Source: a virus (taxonomy: Duplodnaviria; Heunggongvirae; Uroviricota; Caudoviricetes). Taken from it: a stretch of DNA of 64,000 nucleotides. The stretch is from IMG/VR virus record IMGVR_UViG_3300027744_000008, one strand, 5' to 3'. The notes beneath the pieces were generated by a model. The model was not told where the DNA came from. It ran no database searches and saw only the letters and a program-made list of their open reading frames with translations. A program made the position numbers and the translations under genes. This document shows, piece after piece, positions 17,696 through 26,199 of the stretch; the first letter of the stretch is position 1, and each line of letters starts with the position of its first letter.

Positions 17696-18615
17696 TATTC
17701 TTTGTCCAATACATTAAATTCTATTCTAGTATAGTCAACGTGTACCATTTTAAAAAATTTACTAGCTTCTACATCTAACACACTTATAGGTAAGGTTAAT
17801 CGAGATTTAAGCTCTGTTCCTAATCTTTCAGCTTCTTGCAAGGCTTCATCTTCTGTTTTAACAGTTAACGAATCCCAGATTGAATCTAAATGATCAAAAT
17901 CACGCACATTGACATAATTCCACGATTTATCAAAATTTGTCATATAGCAACCTTGGCGTGCTCCAAGTATTGCCCATACACCATTCGGCACATCCATGCC
18001 AACATTCATCCATGTTATAAGTCTATGTAAATTTTTCCAGTGAATATGTTTAGTAAAGTCTTCTGCTTCAACAGTGACTCCTCTGTCTAAACTCATTTTT
18101 ACACCTTCACGGAATCCTGCTCGCCATGCTTGATATGGACTAGCATTATTATGGACGTTGCTGTAACAGGCATTCATCTGAATATACTCGGCATCCCAAC
18201 AAAAATCTACTTGTGCGTTAGGGTCGTCTGCCGGTGCATTTTCGTGTGTCTTCATATTAAGCACATATTCTTTGGGCCACAACTTCAATCCGCCGTTGCC
18301 ATACATTAACCCGTTAATGGCATTGTATCCTGCCCAAGAAATAACACATTTAGATAAATCTCTATATGCATCAAAGTCAACTTCTTGATTAAAAAACTCT
18401 TCGCGCACAATATTGTCGCCGTCAACTGTGATAAACCTGTCAGTATCGCTTAACCTAGCGCAGGCTTTGTGTGCTTCGTCACTACCTTTTACTCCGTGTA
18501 CCCGTTTTGCCCAGGGTGCTTTATTACATAAATCTGAATAATTTTTTTCGGCATTAGGCTCGTCATAGCTAAGATAGATAATGTCAAAGTCTATAATTTT
18601 AAATTTTTGACTCAT
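17695..18615 (-). CDS. Glycosyltransferase-like (GT-A, DxD) protein
   Basis: DIIYLSYDEPNA, AHKACA, FITVDGD, YGNGGLKLW and WRAGFREG. Confidence 0.6.
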   Translation of the reverse strand: MSQKFKIIDFDIIYLSYDEPNAEKNYSDLCNKAPWAKRVHGVKGSDEAHKACARLSDTDRFITVDGDNIVREEFFNQEVDFDAYRDLSKCVISWAGYNAINGLMYGNGGLKLWPKEYVLNMKTHENAPADDPNAQVDFCWDAEYIQMNACYSNVHNNASPYQAWRAGFREGVKMSLDRGVTVEAEDFTKHIHWKNLHRLITWMNVGMDVPNGVWAILGARQGCYMTNFDKSWNYVNVRDFDHLDSIWDSLTVKTEDEALQEAERLGTELKSRLTLPISVLDVEASKFFKMVHVDYTRIEFNVLDKE

Positions 18616-19247
18616 AGAGTGTCCTTTAATGCATACGAATCAAAAAATTTAATTGTAAATAGTCTAACTTTTGATGTAATAGATTCTACTATCATTTCAT
18701 GAGGTACTGTCACAGATCCGTTTGCAATTAACGAATTTAAATTAACATCAAATACTCGATACAGTATATTTTTATTTTCGTGTGCAGTTATGTAAATTTG
18801 TTTAGTATAACTAGCCACCGAGTTATGCAATCGTTGTCGTTCATCCTCATCAAGTGTTATTATCCAATTTTTATTTTCTATATCGTTAAAAACTGTAACA
18901 GTAGCATGATCAGTAGTTTGACTGATAGCCGTTAATGTTGAAGATTTAGAGTTTAGATTAATAATCTTAGGAACAATACTAAATTTATTGTTAATATCGG
19001 TTACTACTTTAAAATTTGCAATATTTTCATTGTTAGGAACCATACTATGCAATGCATCAGCAAATATTTCAAAATATGTAGTATCGGTTTCAGCAACTTT
19101 TTGATCTGTAGTCCCGCTAATGTCCCCAGTTATTTTGTCAAAATAAACATATCGAATGTTACTAAAATTAAGAGACTCGTCAATCTCAGCAAGTCGTTCA
19201 GAAGTTAAATCAAATTCAATCTCTAAATCTTCATATTCCTCACTCAT
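18612..19247 (-). CDS. Hypothetical protein in the glycosyltransferase cluster
   Basis: 211 aa, overlapping its neighbours. Confidence 0.65.
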   Translation of the reverse strand: MSEEYEDLEIEFDLTSERLAEIDESLNFSNIRYVYFDKITGDISGTTDQKVAETDTTYFEIFADALHSMVPNNENIANFKVVTDINNKFSIVPKIINLNSKSSTLTAISQTTDHATVTVFNDIENKNWIITLDEDERQRLHNSVASYTKQIYITAHENKNILYRVFDVNLNSLIANGSVTVPHEMIVESITSKVRLFTIKFFDSYALKDTL

Positions 19248-20076
19248 TAATTTTCTCCAAATATGTTATAACTTCATCTGTTAAAAACTCGTCTTCTACG
19301 TAATGAAGGATACCACGTTGTTTAAATTGATTAATAAAAAATTCAAACTCGTCATTAAAATAATAATCGCAGGCAGGCAACCAACTATCGTAGGGTGATG
19401 GCCATCCTTGTATGTTAGATTTCATATGAGCAAACGTTAAATTTAAATTTGGGTGTACGGCAACATCATCCATGCCTGTAATTTTTAATGCTATGGCTGC
19501 ACTAACATCCATACTTACCCATCGTTGTTTTGCCTTAGGTGTCAATTTAGAATAAGCAGTTTGCCAATTATTAACTATAAACTCCAGCGTTTTATAAAAA
19601 TCAAATGCGTCAGGGGTCTTTTTAAAGTAATGAAATCCAAAATAAATGTTTGGTAAAGAGTTATGTACAAACACCTGTCTGTTTAACTCGTTAGAAACAA
19701 TATTTCCCCTATAGTCTTTTACAGAAGATGCAAAAAATATATCGTGATGACTTAATAAATCCCATTTAGACGCAAGATCGTCTAGTACAATCATGTCTGT
19801 ATCTAAGACAATAGTTTCGTCATAAGGGCTAGCGTGAATAAATTTCCATCTATTTTCAACTTTCCAGACTGATTCTTCTGCATGATCTTTCCATGGTATA
19901 GGAATAATATGATCAAATACAGATAGATATTTTTCTGATACTTGATCATTAGTTATTAAGCTGATAGAAGAATAAGTTGACTGTGTTTTTTTAATTGACA
20001 ATGCAAGCGCATAGGCCTGTCTAACATAGTCAATACCTTCACTGTTTTGTGCTATAACTAAAAAACCTTTATTCAT
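19240..20076 (-). CDS. Nucleotide-diphospho-sugar transferase (GT8-like)
   Basis: KGFLVIAQN, SPYDETIVLDTD (DxD) and ILHY. Confidence 0.65.
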   Translation of the reverse strand: MNKGFLVIAQNSEGIDYVRQAYALALSIKKTQSTYSSISLITNDQVSEKYLSVFDHIIPIPWKDHAEESVWKVENRWKFIHASPYDETIVLDTDMIVLDDLASKWDLLSHHDIFFASSVKDYRGNIVSNELNRQVFVHNSLPNIYFGFHYFKKTPDAFDFYKTLEFIVNNWQTAYSKLTPKAKQRWVSMDVSAAIALKITGMDDVAVHPNLNLTFAHMKSNIQGWPSPYDSWLPACDYYFNDEFEFFINQFKQRGILHYVEDEFLTDEVITYLEKINE

Positions 20077-20908
20077 TTATACATCTCGCTAAACTATATT
20101 TGTTCATAACATGAACATCTAAATTACTAGTCTTCATCAGGGTATACTCACCAATATGCCCTTTCTTCTCAACTAATAAGGTCATTGTTGAGTCTGTGTA
20201 TGACTCTAGTACATCTCTATCTCGAGTATAATATAACTTACCAGGTAAACTGGCAATAGTACTAGTATTAGTATTACCATTTAACAAGTGAATTGCAATA
20301 CTAAAAGCATAATCATTCCTAAAAGATGATGACGAGATTGCATATAACAATCTGTAATAAGGCCAATTGTACCTAATGTGTTGAACTATTTTAAAAAATG
20401 CTTTTGCTGAAGCAGTTTTTTTAAAATAAAAAACTGTAGCCCAATAAAAAGGAATTGTATATTGATTAAAGTACTCAAAACTAGAAGTATCTCGCCATTG
20501 GGCAAGATCATATCCTGTTTTATATATTGCTAGATCGCTTGCAGAATTCCAAACTTTGCTTAAATTATTAGAATTTAAAATATAATCTACATCCATAACT
20601 AGCGTTTCATCATATGGACTAATATCAAAAGCATCTGCCCTAGTAAAATTCTTCCATGGAAGAATCTTAGAAGTTAATGCGCCATCATAGAATTGCTTTT
20701 GTTGTGTAAAAGTAGAATCAACTGCAACAATATTATCAAACACTCTACTTTTATCTGGATATGTTTTTTCAATATAATCTAGATTATCCGTGGCCAATGT
20801 AACAGGAACGTTTAAAAATTTGTTAATTCGTTCAGCGGCAAATATAGCCATCTGTATATAGTCAACTTCATGATTATTTTGAGCAAATAAAAGAACACCC
20901 TTGCTCAT
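20069..20908 (-). CDS. Nucleotide-diphospho-sugar transferase (GT8-like), paralog of the neighbour
   Basis: KGVLLFAQN, SPYDETLVMDVD (DxD), FRNDYAFSIA and HVMNK. Confidence 0.65.
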   Translation of the reverse strand: MSKGVLLFAQNNHEVDYIQMAIFAAERINKFLNVPVTLATDNLDYIEKTYPDKSRVFDNIVAVDSTFTQQKQFYDGALTSKILPWKNFTRADAFDISPYDETLVMDVDYILNSNNLSKVWNSASDLAIYKTGYDLAQWRDTSSFEYFNQYTIPFYWATVFYFKKTASAKAFFKIVQHIRYNWPYYRLLYAISSSSFRNDYAFSIAIHLLNGNTNTSTIASLPGKLYYTRDRDVLESYTDSTMTLLVEKKGHIGEYTLMKTSNLDVHVMNKYSLARCINE

Positions 20909-21252
20909 ACTGAAATTAAATCCTGTATTTTACGTTTTGATTTAAGTTCAGAATATTTAGAAAAATATTCATTAGATGCTTTGAAATATTGTGCAGAGAT
21001 TTCATCGTAGAAACTTTTTAGATTTTCAATATTAACTGGAATTTGATTAACATCAATTAATATACAATTTAGACTGCCTAAATCTATAAGAGATTTTACA
21101 AACGACATTAATTCTAATGAAATTTGAAAACTAGATCCGTTAGTGTAATATATTAAACTTTGTTGAAATTCTTCAAATGCAACATTACGTTGATTGGTTA
21201 GAGTAGCCATATAATTGGCTGTTTGAAATGCTTTTTCTATTTGCTCGTCCAT
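20905..21252 (-). CDS. Hypothetical phage protein (possible fibre-assembly factor)
   Basis: 115 aa with a GGGAG SD located in a hairpin arm. Confidence 0.65.
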   Translation of the reverse strand: MDEQIEKAFQTANYMATLTNQRNVAFEEFQQSLIYYTNGSSFQISLELMSFVKSLIDLGSLNCILIDVNQIPVNIENLKSFYDEISAQYFKASNEYFSKYSELKSKRKIQDLISV

Positions 21253-21255
21253 GAG

Positions 21256-21293
21256 ATCTCCCGCTGTATAATGTAATTATCTCAGCGGGAGAT
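21256..21293 (-). promoter_or_regulatory. 11-bp hairpin sequestering an SD, with a late-promoter-like GATAATTA in the loop
   Basis: ATCTCCCGCTG (21256-21266) / CAGCGGGAGAT (21283-21293); the minus-strand loop contains GATAATTA (21274-21281). Confidence 0.6.
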
Positions 21294-21311
21294 ATAGTTA
21301 ATTAATTCTGG

Positions 21312-22268
21312 TTATAGAGTTAATTGATTAGCAATACTCGGTGTAATTGAAAAAGCACCTGTGATCGGTGTTATTGTGCCTGTACTTGTCAATGTTCCGT
21401 CAACAACTTCATCAATCGCTGCTCCTATACCAGTTGCAGCTTGCGGAGCAGCATCTGTTAATACTACAGTAATTTCAATTACTGCCAGTGAAGAAATATA
21501 TTTTGCATTAACTGTTACAGTGTTATTAGCATAAGGGCTTGCTTGTGTATTAGTATAAATTGTTTGATCAACAGCAGATAGTGTACGACCAGTTACTGTG
21601 CCGCTTGCGCCAGATTTTGTAACAGTGAATGTACCAAATGATGTAGCACTTGAACTAACTGCCATTGTCAATGTACCTAATCCAGATAGCGAATTGACCC
21701 AAGCATTATATTTGGTTAAGTTTGATGTTACACCGCCGCCTGTTAAACTGGCTGCATATTTAATTGTACCACCAGAATTAAAATAGTATCTTGCTTGGGT
21801 AGCGTCACTAAAAGTAACTCTAAAAGAATGAGTAATAGTTGGAACACCTGTTCCCCAGCTAGTACTTCTAGTAGAAGTAGTAGTTGCGCTGCCTAGTTGC
21901 GTATTAAAAGCTGTTAATTTGTTAGTTACACAGGCATCTGCTACACCTTGCATTTGTGTTACAATAGCATTACTAATAACTGATCCTGCAGCAATAGTTC
22001 TTAAGTTTGCCCATGCTGAGCCGCCACCGGTTCCTGTACCAACTGCTCCAATTTGATGAGTCCTTGCTTTTACTAAGTCAGTTCTTAAATTAACCCAGGT
22101 CGAAGCTCTAGTAACAGTACCTGCAAGAACTTGACTGCTAACTACAGATTGTCCATACCCAAATTTTGAATCTGCTGCATTCGTGCTTGGATTAGTGCCG
22201 CCTGCACCAAGAACTGCTGCTACTTTTTTTTGAATAGCATTGAATGTTGCTGCTGAAATTGTTGCCAT
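21312..22268 (-). CDS. Putative virion structural / fibre-associated protein
   Basis: 318 aa, T/S/G/A-rich; GYGQ and ARYYFNSGG motifs; lies in the late structural operon. Confidence 0.6.
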   Translation of the reverse strand: MATISAATFNAIQKKVAAVLGAGGTNPSTNAADSKFGYGQSVVSSQVLAGTVTRASTWVNLRTDLVKARTHQIGAVGTGTGGGSAWANLRTIAAGSVISNAIVTQMQGVADACVTNKLTAFNTQLGSATTTSTRSTSWGTGVPTITHSFRVTFSDATQARYYFNSGGTIKYAASLTGGGVTSNLTKYNAWVNSLSGLGTLTMAVSSSATSFGTFTVTKSGASGTVTGRTLSAVDQTIYTNTQASPYANNTVTVNAKYISSLAVIEITVVLTDAAPQAATGIGAAIDEVVDGTLTSTGTITPITGAFSITPSIANQLTL

Positions 22269-22280
22269 TTTGTTTATTCC

Positions 22281-23813
22281 TTATAAAATGATTGATTCTA
22301 TTAACTTAATACCAGCATCATCACTAGACTCTAATGCTATTGCAAAAGTATCAGGGAAGTTACTGGCTCTTACCGGTGTGCCTACTAATAATAACCGAGC
22401 AACACCTGCACAGCCATTACTAGAAGCAACTAATTTATCACCTTTTGTAACAGGTCCTAGAACCTTAATTGGCACTCGACCTTTAAGGGCCAGCGGAGTT
22501 CCGCCTACTAGACCGCTATTCATTAAGTATGCTGGTGCACCGCTTACAGCACCAAATGCTCTATGTCCAGGCTGGCAAGCAGTAACTTCTTGCTCGCCGC
22601 CGACCATTAAGACTGTGCCTACTTCGTATTCTTCATCTGCTAGATATTTCTCAGCTAAGTCAGCGCCTTCGGCAAAGATTGCATCACCCCTGAATGTAGT
22701 TGCGTAGATATCTCCTGCTGAATCTCGAGCAGCCACGGTGTTCGGAGTATCAGCAGTGTCAGCTAGTCTATATGCGCTACCATCAACCTGTAACCTGTCA
22801 GATTGTGTAACTGTACCGTAGAAATTTGTTGACCATACTTCTTTAAATTTGTAACTGGTATTACCCAATGTACTAACATTATCTGCTAATGGCAATAAAT
22901 CTTTACCAGAAATCTCAACAGCGCCGACCATAATACCTGATAGCTTAGTTTTAAATTGGATTCTAGTGCCATCAATGTTTTGTATTAATGGGATGTCACT
23001 AGTAATTTTAACTTCGAGTTTTGGTGGATTACCAATTTGAAAACCGTCATTGTAAAATCCTATAAGATTGTCAAACGATTGATCAAATCCGTCTGTTCTT
23101 ACAAAGTTAACACCGTCTACAAAATCTCCGGCTATAATCAAGCCATCTGCAGCAGTAGCAGTACCGTGATATCGATATTCTGATGCGTCTTCAGGTATGC
23201 CATTGGAGCCACCGCTATTAATTAGAGTAAGACCCTTGTAAATATGTGTAAACGTATTGCCGTATAATTCTTTATCTGCTGTACTCAATTCAAAATCTTC
23301 ACTAGATATAACATAAACAACAATTCCTGCTACTACAGCTTCGATAATAGTGTATTCAGTTGGGGATGGTAGATCATCAAACACTAGTTTAGTACGCATT
23401 TCGGTAATTCCAAGATTGGCAGAACTTTGAGGGCCTACTAGTGTATATTCGTCTCCGGACCAAACATATAGTTGCTGCTTAATTGAATCCCAATAAAAAT
23501 CCCCGATACCTAATCCAGAAGGTTCTGATGTTGCTACAGTAGATCCGTTAATTGATCTAAAACTAGTACCGTCCCAGAATCTTAATTTTCCCGGAGAAGC
23601 TGAGCTATCATACCAAATTTGCCCAGTAATTTTTTTGCTTGGTTGCGTGATATCGGCAAAATTTTCCAGTAAACGAACAAAATTTTCGTTCTGAATCTCG
23701 CCGTAACCAGCATAATTTTTACCAACTAGTTTTAAACTAGTTGTTTGATCTATTGTTCCATCTGCTACCGTAGCAAGCAAATCACCGTTTGTTTTATTAA
23801 TGCTGTAAGGCAT
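22281..23813 (-). CDS. Tail fibre/baseplate appendage protein (paralog 3)
   Basis: Shared N-terminal LVGKNYAGYGE..NENF..LLENFA...GQIWYD domain; C-terminal ADLAEKY...ALKGRVP chaperone-like domain. Confidence 0.7.
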   Translation of the reverse strand: MPYSINKTNGDLLATVADGTIDQTTSLKLVGKNYAGYGEIQNENFVRLLENFADITQPSKKITGQIWYDSSASPGKLRFWDGTSFRSINGSTVATSEPSGLGIGDFYWDSIKQQLYVWSGDEYTLVGPQSSANLGITEMRTKLVFDDLPSPTEYTIIEAVVAGIVVYVISSEDFELSTADKELYGNTFTHIYKGLTLINSGGSNGIPEDASEYRYHGTATAADGLIIAGDFVDGVNFVRTDGFDQSFDNLIGFYNDGFQIGNPPKLEVKITSDIPLIQNIDGTRIQFKTKLSGIMVGAVEISGKDLLPLADNVSTLGNTSYKFKEVWSTNFYGTVTQSDRLQVDGSAYRLADTADTPNTVAARDSAGDIYATTFRGDAIFAEGADLAEKYLADEEYEVGTVLMVGGEQEVTACQPGHRAFGAVSGAPAYLMNSGLVGGTPLALKGRVPIKVLGPVTKGDKLVASSNGCAGVARLLLVGTPVRASNFPDTFAIALESSDDAGIKLIESIIL

Positions 23814-23831
23814 TGATTGACCCCTTTGTTT

Positions 23832-23839
23832 TATTTATT
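23832..23839 (-). promoter_or_regulatory. T4-type late promoter motif AATAAATA
   Basis: Directly upstream of the AGGGG SD and ATG 23813. Confidence 0.55.
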
Positions 23840-26199
23840 TAAAATGCGTAAGATACGTTCAAACTTGTATTCCAGTACCACTCGTTAGGCGATCCTGAGA
23901 TCAATTGATAAACCCTTAATGTTCTAACAACTAAAGGTGTTACTGCAATTCCGTCAAAATCCATAGTAGTTTTAGTGCATTGTACGTAGATCTTTGCACC
24001 AATAACGTGATTAGCTACTGGAAATGTATCACTTAACAATGTAATAACATCACCATCGGCTAGATCTCCGCCTAGCACATTGGTTAGTTCTAGATTAAAT
24101 CGTAAAGGCAAAGCAGCAATATATGTTTGTAATGTTAAGTTACTGACTGCATCGTCAGTAGTAGAACTTTGAATAGTACCTTGCACACTGGCTGTTGCAC
24201 TATCAGTAAACGCCCCAGAGATAGTGAAAGATCCAGTGATAGCAGTGACCACAGTCCAAGTGCCGTTGTATTGGCCAACTGATCCGCTTGATGCTGTAGT
24301 TCCAGCTATTATGACTGTAGTTCCAGCTGGAAATTTGTCAATGGTTCCTGTTCCATGAACCACTGTTGCAACTGTGGCAGTAGAAGATATACTACTTGTA
24401 GGTATAGAAGTACCATGCACTAGTTGAGAAGGGGAGCTAGAATCGTAGACTGTTTCAGCAAGATTAGTAATTCTTGAACTATTAACAGCGATTGTATTGA
24501 TAGGCAATGTTGATTCTATAACACTGCCGTTTATGTTAATGTCATCTACCTGTAACTGGGCAAGTGTTCCAAATGAAGTTAAACTCGAATTTACCACTCC
24601 GGACCCAAGTGTAGTTGCTGACAGTACAGAAGTTCCTTCAATTCTATATTCTAATGCAGGGCCAAATGCCGAAGGATAGTCAATGTTAATACTATGTGTA
24701 GAAGTCCAATTCAACGGAGTTTCTTTAAATTTCCATTCTGCAAGTACGTTACCTGTTCCCCTGTTAACTTCAAAACCAGATTCAAATCCAGCAGTAACAG
24801 CACTTACTTGTCCGTCATTTAGAGTAATTACATTATCTAAAATCCTAGTATCAGTACTGGTAACAGTGTCTCCTAAAACAGTAAAATCTCCTTCTACTAC
24901 CGTGTTGCCTTTGACTCTTAGATCAGATCTAAATAACCCTCTACCGTTTACATCAAGTTCTACTAAAGGCTCGTCATTTAGAATACCAACTCTAGGTAAA
25001 AACGATTTTCTTAGTTCACCGTTCCATGGATCTCCAAAAAATGTTTCAGCTGGGTCATCATAGGTAGTTAATGTAATTGTACTTGTAACAGTCACCGCGG
25101 TTGTTGTAATAGCTGTAATTACTGCTGTTTCAAAAAGTTGTTTAGAACTAACAATCCCCGGAATAGTGTAATAGTAAATCTCTATCTCGTCGCCTACTTG
25201 ATATGGTTCAACTATTTCTTCAACTGCTCCATTGTCTAAATTTCCAAATGTTATAACTAAATTTGTTCCATCTCCTGTAAACAAATATGCAGGAATGACT
25301 TTAAGACCGGTGTTGTAAATTTTAATACCTTTATAACCTTCTGTTGTATCAGTTACAAATGTTAAACTTTGATTAGTGCCATTACCTTGAATTTTAAATT
25401 CAGCAGATTCAGATATAATTTCTGTATTTTGTGAACTGCCTAATATTAAAGGATTATCACTTTCTATAGTAAGTGTTGCTTCGCTACCTTCATCGTAGGC
25501 AATTAAAGAACTACCCGTTGTTTTTACAAAATTATCAGGAGTGTATATATTATCTTCACTGTCTATCAGTTGGCTAGCACTGGTAACTGGTACGTCAAAT
25601 AGTAATCCTGAGGCATTTCCTAGATTAAATCCTTTAACTATATTCCCAGTAAACCCATTAATTGCAGGCGACGGAGTAAACGCATCCTTACTGAATATAC
25701 CGATTAACAAATCAGCATTATAAAGTATACTGATAGTATGTTCTTTTTCTGCTGTGTCAAAAACAGATACTGTTTGTAGTCCCGATACACCTTGACTAGA
25801 AGTATAGGAAGGGCCTGCTATTATGTGAGTGCTACTGTCAATGTAAAAATGTAACTGTTGATTAGCAGTGTCTATCCAGATGTCGCCGGCAACTGCATTT
25901 GACGGGGCTGTAGCAGATAAAATTGTTCCACCGGTTACCTTAAAACCATCTCCATTATAAATTTTTAGCCTTTCGTCACTAGTATCATACCATATTTGTC
26001 CAACTAGGGGCTGAGGAGGAGACGAACTACTAGCAAAATTTTCCAATAAGCGAACAAAATTTTCGTTAAATGCTTCTCCGTAGTTGACTGCATTTTTTCC
26101 TATCAGAGTAAGATCAGTGGCGGTTGTATCGACTGTGCCGTCTGCTATGTTATCTGTTAGGATAGATCCATCTGTTTTGTTTATTGTGTAGCTGCTCAT
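23839..26199 (-). CDS. Tail fibre/baseplate appendage protein (paralog 2)
   Basis: Same N-terminal GKN..YGE..NENF..LLENFA...GQIWYD domain; beta-rich shaft. Confidence 0.7.
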   Translation of the reverse strand: MSSYTINKTDGSILTDNIADGTVDTTATDLTLIGKNAVNYGEAFNENFVRLLENFASSSSPPQPLVGQIWYDTSDERLKIYNGDGFKVTGGTILSATAPSNAVAGDIWIDTANQQLHFYIDSSTHIIAGPSYTSSQGVSGLQTVSVFDTAEKEHTISILYNADLLIGIFSKDAFTPSPAINGFTGNIVKGFNLGNASGLLFDVPVTSASQLIDSEDNIYTPDNFVKTTGSSLIAYDEGSEATLTIESDNPLILGSSQNTEIISESAEFKIQGNGTNQSLTFVTDTTEGYKGIKIYNTGLKVIPAYLFTGDGTNLVITFGNLDNGAVEEIVEPYQVGDEIEIYYYTIPGIVSSKQLFETAVITAITTTAVTVTSTITLTTYDDPAETFFGDPWNGELRKSFLPRVGILNDEPLVELDVNGRGLFRSDLRVKGNTVVEGDFTVLGDTVTSTDTRILDNVITLNDGQVSAVTAGFESGFEVNRGTGNVLAEWKFKETPLNWTSTHSINIDYPSAFGPALEYRIEGTSVLSATTLGSGVVNSSLTSFGTLAQLQVDDININGSVIESTLPINTIAVNSSRITNLAETVYDSSSPSQLVHGTSIPTSSISSTATVATVVHGTGTIDKFPAGTTVIIAGTTASSGSVGQYNGTWTVVTAITGSFTISGAFTDSATASVQGTIQSSTTDDAVSNLTLQTYIAALPLRFNLELTNVLGGDLADGDVITLLSDTFPVANHVIGAKIYVQCTKTTMDFDGIAVTPLVVRTLRVYQLISGSPNEWYWNTSLNVSYAF

